Assembly: GCF_009914755.1 (NCBI RefSeq)
Contig: NC_060932.1
Length of the DNA stretch: 64,000 bases
Direction: 5' to 3' (one strand)
Source of the DNA: the human T2T-CHM13v2.0 reference genome, Homo sapiens
This document shows positions 29,026 to 42,074 of the stretch, in pieces; the stretch's first letter is position 1; every line of letters starts with the position of its first letter. The translations under genes were made by a program, and so were the position numbers. The notes below the pieces were generated by a model, which was given only the letters and a program-made list of their open reading frames with translations, was not told the DNA's origin and did not search any database.

Positions 29026-32000
29026 ACATTGTCTCACTTATAAGTGGGAGCTAAATGATGAGAACACATTGAACATGCAGAGGAACAACACACACTGGGG
29101 CCTATCAGAGAGTGGAGTGGGGGAAGAGGAAGAGGAATCAGAAAAAGTAACTAATGGGTACTAGGCTTAATACCTGGGTAATGGAAATAACCTGTACAAC
29201 AAACTCCCATGACACAAGCTTACCTATATAACAAAACTGCACATGTACCCCTGAACTTAAAATAAAAGTTAAAAATTATATATGTACATTTTGATGTTCA
29301 GTCCTAGTTCTCTCTGAAAATATGTTGTTGAATTTACGTTGAGTTTAGCGTTTGTTGCTTAATTTTGTAGTCTTTATAGTAAAACTACAGTACCACATAT
29401 TTTCACTGTGCAAATAAGCAGCCTTTGCTTCAAATGGATGTTTCTATTAACACTATGCTAATTATTGAAAATAAATATGTGCAAGTATGAGCTTCTGCTG
29501 ACTGCCTCTCAACCTATCTTTTCCTCCTGCTGGTTCATGCTGAGGGGCTTTGGCTTACTGAAGCTTGCCAGGGACCCGGTTTGAACATTCTCTTATCTAA
29601 TAGTAATCTACGGAGACTATCTGATCACTGAAATTTACACAACTCTTTTCATCATCCTGGTAAAGAAAAATCATACATAATACATGTAATACTATAAAAC
29701 AAATAAGGAAATTTTCATTCAAAATAAAAAGCTTAGCTCATGAAAGACTGTATTTTTAAGATAATTATTTTTTTTTTGATGAATGAAAGCAGGATCCCAG
29801 AATCCCAAATCAAATCCCAAAACCAAAATCATGGACTAAGGTGAGCATGTGTCTGCATGACAGAATATTTAAATAAATTTTTAAAAGCTAGACACTTAAT
29901 TTTCAACTAACAAAATTGGCAATGTTTGGGGTGTGGTAAATGCTTGTTTCCTCTTTCTGCTTTCTTTTTAAGCCTTCAAAGTATTAATCCTCTTTCTGTT
30001 CAATAATTTCTATTTCACACCATTTTTTAGGCCGTCACAGATTCTTCAAGTCTTATTTTGACACATTGTATCATAACCATTCTAATGCTACGAAGATTAG
30101 GCATCATGACTAACTAACTGGGAGACCATTCTGACAGACACGGAATAATCCTTGGGAGCTTCTACCAAGTGGAGCATGGGTATTTCTTTGTATTAGGAAT
30201 ATATTTAAGTCAATATATGGAAAGCAGTGTGCAAGACCAAATATGATATTTTCCCTTCAATGATTAGGTGCTCTACAATAAACATAAAAGAATTTAGCAA
30301 GATAAGAGACATGAAACAATCTTATAAAGTATCATACAAAGATTATTTAGAACTGGTAGTAATAACAGTAATAATTTCTGAGAACATAACGATTATTATT
30401 CATTTGCAAAGCTGCATGGATTTAGTAACTCTTTAAAATGCTTTATCTATAAAGTTCTAGGGATATGAAATTAGAAATCAAATCAGATTTACTAAGATTT
30501 GGAACCAGGGCATATTGCCATATTCTTAGAAGAGAAAATATATTGTATTTTCAACATGATTTAGTGGTAAAAAGATTTTATTATTACCGAGCCTATTGAG
30601 GCCTAGAAGATCATCAATAAACAGTGATAAGTAGGCTCACTTGCAAGGAAAAAATGCCTAGCCTCTGCAAACGAGATTTCCTAATGCAATACTGGGCCAA
30701 ATTTGACTTTATTTCATTCAGTGACTTCACAGCTTCTGAAAAAGGGGTTCTTGTGACTTCTGCAGTTCAGTGACTGCAAAGATTGAGCAAAGTGTGTTTC
30801 TTTAAGTAAACACCTCAAAATGGATACCTTGTGAGAATAAATACCTTTTGTCTGTAATATTTGTTTTATGGGAAAAAAAAGATGTCCTAATTTAAATAAA
30901 AGTCATTTCTTTGGAGGAAAGGAATCATTAATGGTAAGAAATAAGGACCCCTCAATTTCACCTGACCCCTTTCACCGCCCCCCCCCATAAATTTTAGGTA
31001 TGGATGATAGAGAATATTTTAACAAAACATAAAAAAAAACTTCCTGTTTCATATGAAGGCAGGTAAAGTGATAAATAGATATCCGGAGCCCCAAAGAGCT
31101 AATTTCAAAACTTTGCACATCTGTCTAGATTCTGGTAAAGAAAGGCTAGTTTGGCTAATTACCTGGCCTGAAACTTGTTCCTGTTTCCATTATTTTAGCC
31201 AATTCGCTTATATTTGTTATATGAGTAATAAAGTACTTATAATTCCTTCTGAGTTTTTTCCCCAGATCTCTCCATTATGACTTAATTTTTATAGTAAATG
31301 GTTTAATTTTTAGGCTAAAGATCTTGAAAACGGGTGATTCACTACGGATCTGCTAAAACACCTCCTCAAAATATAAAGCTTTCTATTATTTCTTCAATAC
31401 AGTAATACTGCACTTTATAGAATCAAAGAGTCCAAACTGCAAGAAATACAAATATCGTCTGCCTTTCTAGAAAAAGAAAAGGCTAATGCCAATTAAACTA
31501 TGGTTCATGCCTCCTTATACTGAACATCTTTATTTTCCATTTAATGACACAGTTATTTGAGACTTATTTGGGCATAGATATTTATCACCCAAGTCCCATG
31601 TAGAAAGGAAAATAGAAGCAAAATCAATTTATTATGACATTTGTAAATCTTGGCATGTGACAGAAAATCCTTTAGCACACATCTCAGTACCAGGCATAAC
31701 ATGGATTCCACTTTGGGGCATCTTTCTTTCTAAGATCTCATAAGGCATGTGGTTATTGCCTTATAAGAAAATATGAAGTTGTGGTAATTTCCACAGGGAT
31801 GAGCATTTTCTTCACTATATCATATTGATGCTTCATTGCTATGCTTCTGTGCTTTTCTGTTACATAAATGTCTATTTCAATGCCAAATCATAGTGTAATA
31901 TTTTTAAGAACATTTTGCATGGCATTTAAACTCAACACATACGGCTGACTCAGTTGAATTAACAACAATAAGACCAGCAATGACCAGGTTCACACATAAG

Positions 32001-32169
32001 CAACTAATGACTACTATGTCAGATTGGCTCCTAACCATCAATTGTAAGATTCATGCTGATTTTAAATATGTTAAAATGGGAAGAAATGTGAATCTTAGAG
32101 TCATTTAAATCCAGTAACGATCTTTATATCTGTGTCATGGTGGCTATCATCATGAATTTGGTAATGAAA

Positions 32170-32510
32170 TAGACATGGATGCTGATCTAGTCATTTAATG
32201 CTGTGTGATGCCAAGCAAATTAACCTCTCTAAGCCTTAGATCTCTTAAAAGTGAGTACCATAGTAATACGTACTGCATAGAATTAGTATAAGGATTAAAC
32301 AACATAGTTTCTACATAAACTGTCCATTAGATATTAGATATTATGATTTTTATTAGAAATATTACCTTTTTGAATCTTCATAACCATCTGTGATATGGAT
32401 AGGGAGACAATATTATCCCCATTTTGCAGCTGGGAAGAACAAGAATCAGAGATTGTGATCTACCCAAGATCACAAAGCCAGCAAGTGTCCTGGAGGGAAT
32501 ATCAGAGGTC
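32170..32510. mobile_element. Two MIR fragments in opposite orientations
   Basis: GCTGTGTGATGCCAAGCAAATTAACCTCTCTAAGCCT (+); TATTATCCCCATTTTGCAG...CCCAAGATCACA (-). Confidence 0.65.
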
Positions 32511-32619
32511 TTTCCATACTCCTCTTGGGTTGAAGCTGGTATTATATAGATAAAGTTCCTATTCCCGTTTTTAAAATGTTGAATTAGCTCGAATAAATAT
32601 AAAAATGATCTTAGCATTG

Positions 32620-33140
32620 TGGATATTTTCAGTTCTAAGCATCCAACTTCTCTTTATTCAAGTAACTGTAACTCTTCCCAACTTTCAATCCATATGCTTT
32701 GCACTGGGCCTTAATTCCTGGTTTAGGGGATAGAACAAAAGGCCTAGGTTTGGCCAATCAGGACTTTGAATTCTTCTGGCTGCAGTTTGATCCAAGAATA
32801 GACACTTAATTCAAGCCAAGTCAGTCAGAATAAATCAGAACTAATCTCAGGACTTTTACTTGACTAACCAGAAAGAGATATTTAAACAGAACGGACATTT
32901 CCTTCTTCTGTTGGGCTTTAACTTGAGGAGGTGTGAGGCTGGAGCAGCTGCTGCCATATTGTAACCACATGGATTCTGAAAATGAAGCCAAAACATGGAA
33001 GAAAGTATGGCCAAGCTGGGCGACAGATAGAGACCAGCTACTAAATCCAATATGTGAGCTTCTGAATCCAGCCACACTTGAATTTAGCCCTAGTTTTTAC
33101 TTCTCAGTTATATCAGTCAATAAATTCCCTTTCTCTGAAC
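32620..33140 (+). mobile_element. Old MLT1 (K/L-like) LTR
   Basis: TGGCCAATCAG; GCTGCTGCCATATTGTAACCACATG; AGTCAATAAATTCCCTTTT. Confidence 0.55.
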
Positions 33141-34222
33141 AAATAACAGACTCCTGAGCAAAGGGCTCTAGGTGGGGCAATATAAACTAACAACAGGTAT
33201 GTGTGTGACAGGTACCATGACTTCCATGTCCAATACATAATTCTTTATCTTTTTCCTAAAACAGCCAAATTGGACAAATAGTAATGATTTAGTAATGATT
33301 GAACACCACCCATCTGCAGTGCACACAAGTCCAACAACAGCAAAAAAATGTTTACTGTGTCAGTGTCTGTGCCACTGGCCAACCATGTTTCTATGTTAAT
33401 TTATACTAAGCAATGCTGCAGGAAGAGTTAGTTTTGTGCATATTTAAATATTTTGTGCCCTAAATGACATGCACATGGAATTGTTTATTTCACTATAGCT
33501 AAGTCCACTCTGATTGGTGTCACCATGCATTTGAAAATGGTTGACCCTATGCAATTAAATTTGTTGCCTCTTAATACTCTACAATCTGACTAGTCAGAAA
33601 GCCAGTGAAATTAATCCAACTAGCTAATTACAATAATCTATTCAGACATGCTAAAGAGTAAAATCTAGGCTCATCAAGACACCACTAATACTGATGTTCA
33701 AATATAAAATCAGAAAAAGGGCAAAATGGCAAGTAAACATTTCCTTTACTAGATAGGTAGTACATTTTCTTTACTAAATGTGAAATATTTATTGAGGAGG
33801 TTAGTGTATCTAAGATTCTTTCAGGAGATATTAACAACAGCTGAAACATTTATATGCATATACAGAAATCTATATGTTTCCACATTTTAGTATTTCCCTC
33901 TTATTTCCACTGCTACAGAGAAATTACTGTACTATTTTGATTTTTATGTTTCTTAAACATGGTGACTTAAGTTGTTGTTTTAACATAATATTTTTAAACC
34001 ATCTATTCCTACTACTAATCCACATGTGTTGCAAAAATGTTTGTATACAGAATGGGGTTCCAAAGAGAAACAGATTGTGAGTTAACACCACACACATAGA
34101 GTTTTGTTAGATTTAACGTATAATTATATATAGCATAGATAATAAATCTGCATAGGCACATGTGTTCAATAAGTATGAATATTATCATACATATACACTT
34201 CTATTTCTTATGTTATTTCTTT

Positions 34223-35323
34223 TTTTTCCAGGAGAAATAACTTTGTTTGGACTGAGAGCTGGAGAACGAGAATAGGACCTGAGACAGCATATTGGGCTAA
34301 GGAGGAGAGGTGAGTTTCCTAAATGGCAGTCAAAGCTCATCGACCGAACGGACTCTACTTCCCAGCAACCTTGCAGTTAGTGCAACCAACAAAAGGCCTG
34401 CTGAGGAATGTATTTGCCACTAAATTCCCCAAATATGCCAACACTACAAAAAAGACGGAGGCTTTTTGTTATAATTAAATTTCCACAAACCTCCCCAATC
34501 ACAAGTATTATAAGAGGAAGTAAAAAAATCACATTTTACAGATCTCAAGCTTGTCTTCAACATTTAGTTCATCATCTTAAAGAAATAACTCCCCTGCTAA
34601 ACTCATTAGCTATAGGATCTATCCAAGCAGCAAGAAGATGGCCATGCCATGGCAATCCTCTTCCCATCTTCCCTAGCCACTCAGGGCTGAAGAGCAAGGT
34701 GAGGCTCAGGTGGGGGTAGGGGTGGAGAGCCCAAGGGCTACTTTTCCCCAGTAGATCATGGCATCTGAAGCTAGATGGGAGAGCAGAACTGATGAGACTT
34801 GAGGGAAGGGTCCAGGGCCTGTATTCAGTCAGAGTCACTGCTGGAAGAGGAGGAGGAAGGGGAGGAGGAATGCTTGGCATGCTTGTGGTGCTTGTAGTGC
34901 TTGTGTACCTTTTTAGGAAATTTCTTCATTTTCTTCTGAATCTTCTTGTCCACTATCACTCCTGGTCCAACCATGTCAGGAGCCAAGGGATTCACAGGAG
35001 GCATTCCAGGGGCAGGAGGGGGTGTGAAAGAGGGTGGGGAACCAAGGGTTGGCATCCTGGATACTGTGGCTGTGGCACAGGATGAGGGGCTCCACTTGGG
35101 GGAAAAGTTGGATTGCCCTGCAGAGCTCCTCAGGGAGGAGGAAAGGGGCCTGGGGAAAGGGTGGATTGATAGGTGGTGGGTGGGCAGGATTGGGCCTCCA
35201 GGGTACCCAATGTTGGGAGAATATAGATTTGGCCCTGGCTGCCCGGCATTGGGATTCCACGTGTTTAGATGTGTCCTCCAGCCCCATCACCTTTCCACCA
35301 CCACCTAGGCTTGGTGCGTTCTG
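34223..35323 (-). pseudogene. PRR13: Processed pseudogene of PRR13 (proline-rich 13 / TXR1)
   Basis: Intronless; translations WNPNAGQPGPN, NPAHPPPINPPF and PPVNPLAPDMVGPGVIVDKKIQKKMKK...SSSSSDSD*; start ATG>ACG at 35260-35262; frameshifts; short poly(A); TSD GTTATTTCTTT at 34212-34222 and 35324-35334. Confidence 0.95.
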
Positions 35324-35490
35324 GTTATTTCTTTCTCCTTTTCCTTACAGGACAAGAATCGAGAGAGAAAAATTCTTCCTCAATTTACCACATCAAAAAA
35401 TGATCCACACATATATGTTCTCGAAATAGTAATTGCTACTGTCTGCCTTCCCTCAATACAGCAGATGAAATGTTAAATTAAAGAAGCTTT

Positions 35491-36132
35491 TGTTACTGGT
35501 GAAGGGTCTTGACTATGAGTGGTCCAGGTTCTTGCCATTTTGAACAAAGAATTGGACAAAATGCAAAAACAAAGCAATGAAATAATAAAGCAACAAAAGC
35601 ACAGATCTATTACAATGAAAGTACACTCCACAGAGTAGGAGCGGGCTTGAGCAAGCAGCTCAAGAGCACTGGTTACAGAATTTTCTGGGATCTAAATACC
35701 CTCTAGAAGTTTCCCATTGGTTATTTGGTTTACACCCTATGCAAATGAGGTAGTGACCTGCAACCAGTCTGATTGGTCATGGAAGGTGACCAGTCAGAGG
35801 CTGAGTGAAGTTACAAAGTTAACACACTATGCAAATGTCTGATTGGTTGCAGGAGGGGACCAATTAGAGGCTGAAGTAAACTTACAAAGTTATACCCCTA
35901 TGCAAATGAAGACTAGGCCTGTGACCAGTCTGACTGGTTGTTGTATGGGAATAATCAGAGGTACTTTCCATTTCTCATCTGTGATTCAGAAAGGAGTGGG
36001 GCAAAGGAAGTAGCCTCTGTTCTTTTGTTACTTGGGTGTGGAAAGTTGGGGTTTTCCTTTTGATTTATTTCTAGGAAGTCAGTGTGAATTGGCCTTAGGT
36101 TCCCTACCTCCAGGCCCTATTCTCCTGCCTCA
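35491..36132 (-). mobile_element. MER51A-like ERV1 solo LTR
   Basis: Minus-strand start TGAGGCAGGAGAATAGGG; TG...CA termini; TSD CTTT/CTTG; internal octamer and CCAAT repeats. Confidence 0.85.
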
Positions 36133-36515
36133 CTTGACAGCTTGCCATTGATTGAAATGAGATGGGAAAGAACTGGTCAGCTAATCTTCCTCAGCCCCTA
36201 CAAAACTTCTCCTTTTCATTCCCTTTCTATTCTTGCCGTGTCATCTACTTGAGGTGTATTAGGCTGTCAGTTACCTGTAAACATTTAACTTCACAGGAAA
36301 AAGTGCTCGCTATGGAGTAGTGGAGTGATAACAGTGATCCGACTGATATTTTGCTGAATGAGTTTTTCAAACATTTTAAACCCCAGCCAATAATAAGAAG
36401 CACACTTCTGATAACAACTCAGTACATATAAATATTTATATTTTTATATATATGTATAACTAAAACAAAGTTTCAACCAATGTTAACCATTATTACACGC
36501 AATGCATGCTGCTAA

Positions 36516-37170
<655 letters not shown>

Positions 37171-37184
37171 TCCTGGATGATCTC

Positions 37185-37512
37185 TCAAAAAGAATGAGAT
37201 CATGTCCTTTGCAGGGACATGGATGGAGTTGGACACAGGAACAGAAAATCAAATACCATATGTTCTCACTTATAGGTGGGAGCTAGATGATGAAAACACA
37301 TTGACACATAGAAGAGAACAACATACACTTGGGCCTACCAGAGGGTGGAAAGCAGGAGGGAGAGGATCAGGAAAAATAACTAATGGGCATTAGGCTTAAC
37401 ACCTGGGTGATAAAATAATCTATACAACAAACCCCCATGATACAAATTTACCGAAGCAGCAAACAAGCACTTGTACCCTTGAACTTAAAATAAAAGTTAA
37501 AAAATAAATAAA
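37185..37512 (+). mobile_element. L1PA15/16-like 3' end
   Basis: GAGATCATGTCCTTTGCAGGGACATGG...GGAAAAATAACTAATGGG...AAAATAAAAGTT. Confidence 0.85.
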
Positions 37513-38088
37513 TATCAAGAAGCCTGACAAGGAACAAGTTCTATGCAGAAACATTGCATTTCAAACCCTTTTAAAACCCTTTCTCTGTCTCCTTTCTTCT
37601 TAGTCTTTCTCATAAACCCAGAGGCAAAACAGTTGTTTTTAATAGGGTCTCTCACTTTAAAGAGTGAGAAACTACTTATGGAATCTCTTATATCTTAAAC
37701 TTTTCCACTAAATTCTATGCAGAGCTGGATAATCATTCTTTAGAATATCAGGATCAGAAATTTCCACATCTAAACTTCAAAATCCTTGGATTGACCCTTA
37801 CCCATCGTGATCTGACCCTGCCCTTTTTCTCCAACATTATATCAAAACATTTCCCCACCTTCCACTCCAACCTTCTAAAGCCCTCCACACCCCACCTGGT
37901 CAATCCTATTAGTTGCTGCTTTGTTATGCTCCATCACGCTTTTGTGTTTTGCAAATTTTGTTTTCTTTGTGCTGGCCTCATCACCTCCTCCCAGCATTCC
38001 ATTCTGCCACTTAGTGCCTATGTAATCTTGGGTAACTTACTAATTATTTTTAAACACACTTTCCTTGTCTACAACTTGAGAATAATAT

Positions 38089-38841
38089 TGTGTCCAGAAT
38101 TGGTTCCTTCCAGTGGGTTCTTGGTCTCGCTGACTTCAAGAATGAAGCCGCGGACCCTCGCTGTGAGTGTTACAGTTCTTAAAGATGGTGTGTCTGGAGT
38201 TTGTTCCTTCAGATGTCCAGATGTGTCCAGAGCTTCTTCCTTCCGGTGGGTTCATGGTCTTGCTGACTTTAGGAGTGAAGCCGCAGACCTTCACAGTGAG
38301 TGTTACAGCTCTTAAAAACAGTGCACCTGGGAGTTGTTTGTTCCTCCCAGTGGGTTCGTGGTCTTGCTGACTTCAGGAGTGATGCTGAAGACCTTCATGA
38401 TGAGTGTTACAGCTCGTAAAGGTAGTGCAGACCCAGAGTGAGCAGCAGCAAGATTTATTCCAAAGAGTGAAAGAACAAAGCTTCCACAGCATAGAAGGAG
38501 ACCCAAGCAGGTTGCCACTGCTGGCTCCAGGGGCCAGCTTTTATTCCCATATTTGGCCCTGCCCACGTCCTGCTGATTGGTCCATTTTACAGAGCGCTGA
38601 TTGGTCCATTTCACAGAGTGCTGATTGGTGCGTTTACAAACCTTTAGCTAGACACAGAGCGTTGATTGGTGCATTTTTACAGAGTGCTGATTGGTGTATT
38701 TACAAACCTTTAGCTAAACACAGAGCATTGATTGGTGCATTTTTGCAGAGTGCTGATTGGTGCATTTACAAAACTTTAGCTAAACAGAAAAGTTCTCCAA
38801 ATCACCACTCGACCCAGAAGCCCAGCCAGCTTCACCTCTCA
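38089..38841 (-). mobile_element. LTR12 (ERV9) solo LTR inserted in a MIR
   Basis: Termini TGTGTCCAGAATTGG...CACCTCTCA; TSD ATAT/GTAT; seven TGATTGG (CCAAT) repeats; tandem GTGAGTGTTACAG U5 repeats. Confidence 0.93.
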
Positions 38842-39454
38842 GTATTATTTACCACACAAGGGTTCTTGTCAGGAGCAATGACATTAAGGTTGTCAATTGA
38901 CTGGCATATACTAAGTACTCAAGGAATGATGACAGTAATATTTTTGTTATTATAATGTTTATCATTCAATGCTGAGTTTAAGCACCATCTGTTCTAGGAA
39001 ATCTTCGCGGACTCTCTCATTCTGGGTTGCATGCCCTACTTCTGGGCTCCCCTTGCACCCTGTGTAAATGTCTCATCACAGTATTAGTGTGCATGTCATA
39101 AGAATTGTTTTCTTGCTGCCTCCCAACAATACTAGAAGCCTCTTGAGGACAAGGATGTGTCTTGAATCTCCAAATCTAAAACATCTAGCAAAGAGCCTGC
39201 AACATTGTAAGATTCTAAGTGTGTTTGTTTAATTTCTTTGGTGGATAATCAGAATACAGAAGTGCATAATGACCATCTCTATTGTGTCCTTTAGAACCAA
39301 AAAATGTAAGAATAAAAAGGGTGATTGCTAAAATATAGACTATTCAAAATGAAAGGCTGTTCTGCCATTTCAAAAACAAAGTAGTGCTAAGGAATTACTT
39401 TCTCATTTTTAACTTCCCCAGATTCCTTTAGGATCATGAAAAGAGAGGCCTCCT

Positions 39455-39770
39455 TTATTCAGTATTTTTCATTCATGTAATAACAACTTACTGTGTGCCA
39501 GGCACATTGCTTTATGTTCTGGAGATATAGCAACAAACAAAAGTCCACACCCTGGAGGAGCTTACATTCCAATGGAAAAACAGAGTCAAATAGCAGAAAT
39601 AAATATATTCTATTATATACAACATATTGTAGGTAATGCAACATGCTATAGAGCAAAAATAAAGCACAATGAGGGAATAGCAATGATGGAGTGGGCGGGG
39701 CTCTCTTGTACAGAATGTAGAATCAGAGAGGGCATCTGAATGAAATGAGGGAATGAGCAATGTGTTTAAG
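39455..39770 (-). mobile_element. L2a 3' end
   Basis: CATTCAT...ACTGTGTGCCAGGCACATTG...CCCTGGAGGAGCTTACATTCCA. Confidence 0.7.
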
Positions 39771-40178
39771 TCTCTTAAACACTTCTACACCTAATTCTAA
39801 AATTTTCCAGGGTTGAAGACGATGACAAACTAGGGAAAAAACGTTAACCATCCCAAGCAATTTAAGGGGAGACTATCTCAGATGCTTAAAGCCACATAAC
39901 AAGCAGAGATTTCAGCTTGAACACTAATTGGATTCTCAATTGTGACCTTGAAGGAACACACTGAACTCTATTTATAATTGCTATGGGAGTTACTCTATGA
40001 TTTAAAGAAAGTGGCCCGGTGGCCCACGACCCTTTTATGTCATCAACTTATTTTATTTATTCACAAAAGCCTGCACCTTGACCTACTTAGACTAGGTTAC
40101 TTGACTTGATATTTCATTAATTTGGTCACTAAAATTTCTGAAGTATCGTTTCCCCCTAACTTTAAGTATCTTATACTT

Positions 40179-40616
<438 letters not shown>

Positions 40617-40720
40617 TTATTGATCCAGATTTGTTTATGAAAACTCACCTCAAGTTTATATTAATATGATCATTTCAGAATATCTAAATTAATGCTCGCT
40701 TTTCAAAATGTCTCCACTAA

Positions 40721-41031
40721 AGTGGGTACAGTGGCTCACCCCTGTAATCCCAACACTTTGGGTGGTCAAAGTGGATGTATGGCTTGAGCTCAGGCATTTG
40801 AGACCAGCCTGGGCAACGTGGCAAAATCCCATCTCTACAAAAAAAAAAAAAAAAAAAAAAAATTAGCCAGGCGTGGTTGTGTGTGCCTGTAGTCCAAGCT
40901 ACTAGGGAGGCTGAGGTGGCAGGATCACTTGAGCCCAGGAGGTTGAGGCTATAGTGAGCCGAGATGTTGCCACTGCACTCCAGCCTGGGCAACAGAGTGA
41001 GACCATACCTCAAAACAAATAAAAATAAATA
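40721..41031 (+). mobile_element. AluJ SINE with expanded middle A tract
   Basis: GGATCACTTGAGCCCAGGAGGTTGAGGCT; degenerate TSD AAAATGTCTCCACTAA / AAACTGTCTCTACTAA. Confidence 0.9.
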
Positions 41032-41289
41032 AAAACTGTCTCTACTAAAGTAGTATAAGCTGCAAAGCCAAGATAATTTCTCTGAGGGATATTTCTAACC
41101 ATATTCACTTTATACAGACATACTGTAGGCAATCGAACTTGAATAAGGAATAGGAACTCTCTTCTTTCTGACAAGACTTGACATAAACCTCTATAACTAA
41201 AATAGTTAAGTCGCATTGCAAACTGATCAGTAAGTAAGGAGAAAAACAAACAAACAAACAAACAAAAAACCTAGGTTGAATTTGTGTCT

Positions 41290-41460
41290 ACACAGGTTTG
41301 CAACCTTGGAGCCATAGACAATATCATAGAGCCTAGGTGTGTAGTAGGCTCTACCATCTAGGTTTGTGTAAGTATACTCTAAGAAGTTCACACAATGATG
41401 AAATCACCTAAGGATGCATTTCTTAGAATGTATTCTCCTTGTTAAATGACACATAACTAT
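41290..41460 (+). mobile_element. Tigger3/MER47-family 3' terminal fragment
   Basis: GCCTAGGTGTGTAGTAGGCT...CATCTAGGTTTGTGTAAGT...GATGCATTTCTTAGAATGTAT. Confidence 0.7.
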
Positions 41461-42074
41461 TTGAAATTGTCCAAGTGAGTAGGTCTTAATTGTTCTCTCA
41501 CACACACAAAAAAACAATGGGGTGGATAAATATGTGAGATGATGTATAGGTTAGTTAGCTTGATTGAAGGAATCATCTCGCAATATATACATCTATTGAA
41601 ACGTCATAAGTATGCACAATGTTTATGTGTTAACTATACCTCAAAAGCTTGGGAGAAAAAAGTAAATGTAATTATTGACTCAGAGGAGGAGGCACCCGCC
41701 ATTTGGCTCTGGTGGTGTCTCTGAGCCTGGAACTTAAATCTCTGGGATTCTGAGGTCTCTAAGGTCACTGAAGCCAATTCTTCAAGAGATAGAAAAACTA
41801 TAAGCTGGTTTTAGCTGCTGCTACAGGAAGGCACTTTGAGAAGCATCACTGGGGTAATGCTCAAAGGAACTACCAGGAGAAAGAAATTCTATAGAAAGCC
41901 CACAGGGAACAAATAAGAAGAAGCAAATGCCTCCTCCTTTTTCCAAAATTGCTGTATCCCTCTATTGCTGCCTGTTGGCAAATCCTAATATGGAACCAAC
42001 TGACAAAGTAGAAACATGGTTTGCAGACACCCATTTAGCTGGGTTTGAAGCTGAGATGCAATTACTGACACAGT

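Noticed and set aside
34792-35429. Gly-rich plus-strand ORFs (97-131 aa)
   Set aside because: Antisense shadows of the Pro-rich PRR13 pseudogene.
38404-38955. 183-aa ORF with repeated QSADW motifs; CRISPR-like periodic repeats
   Set aside because: It is the antisense reading of the LTR12 CCAAT tandem repeats; no unique spacers, no cas genes, and the context is primate.
41290-41460. Orphan Tigger3 3' end as the missing piece of the Tigger3 at 48612-49600
   Set aside because: It lies upstream in the same orientation with no shared junction evidence; an independent copy is simpler.
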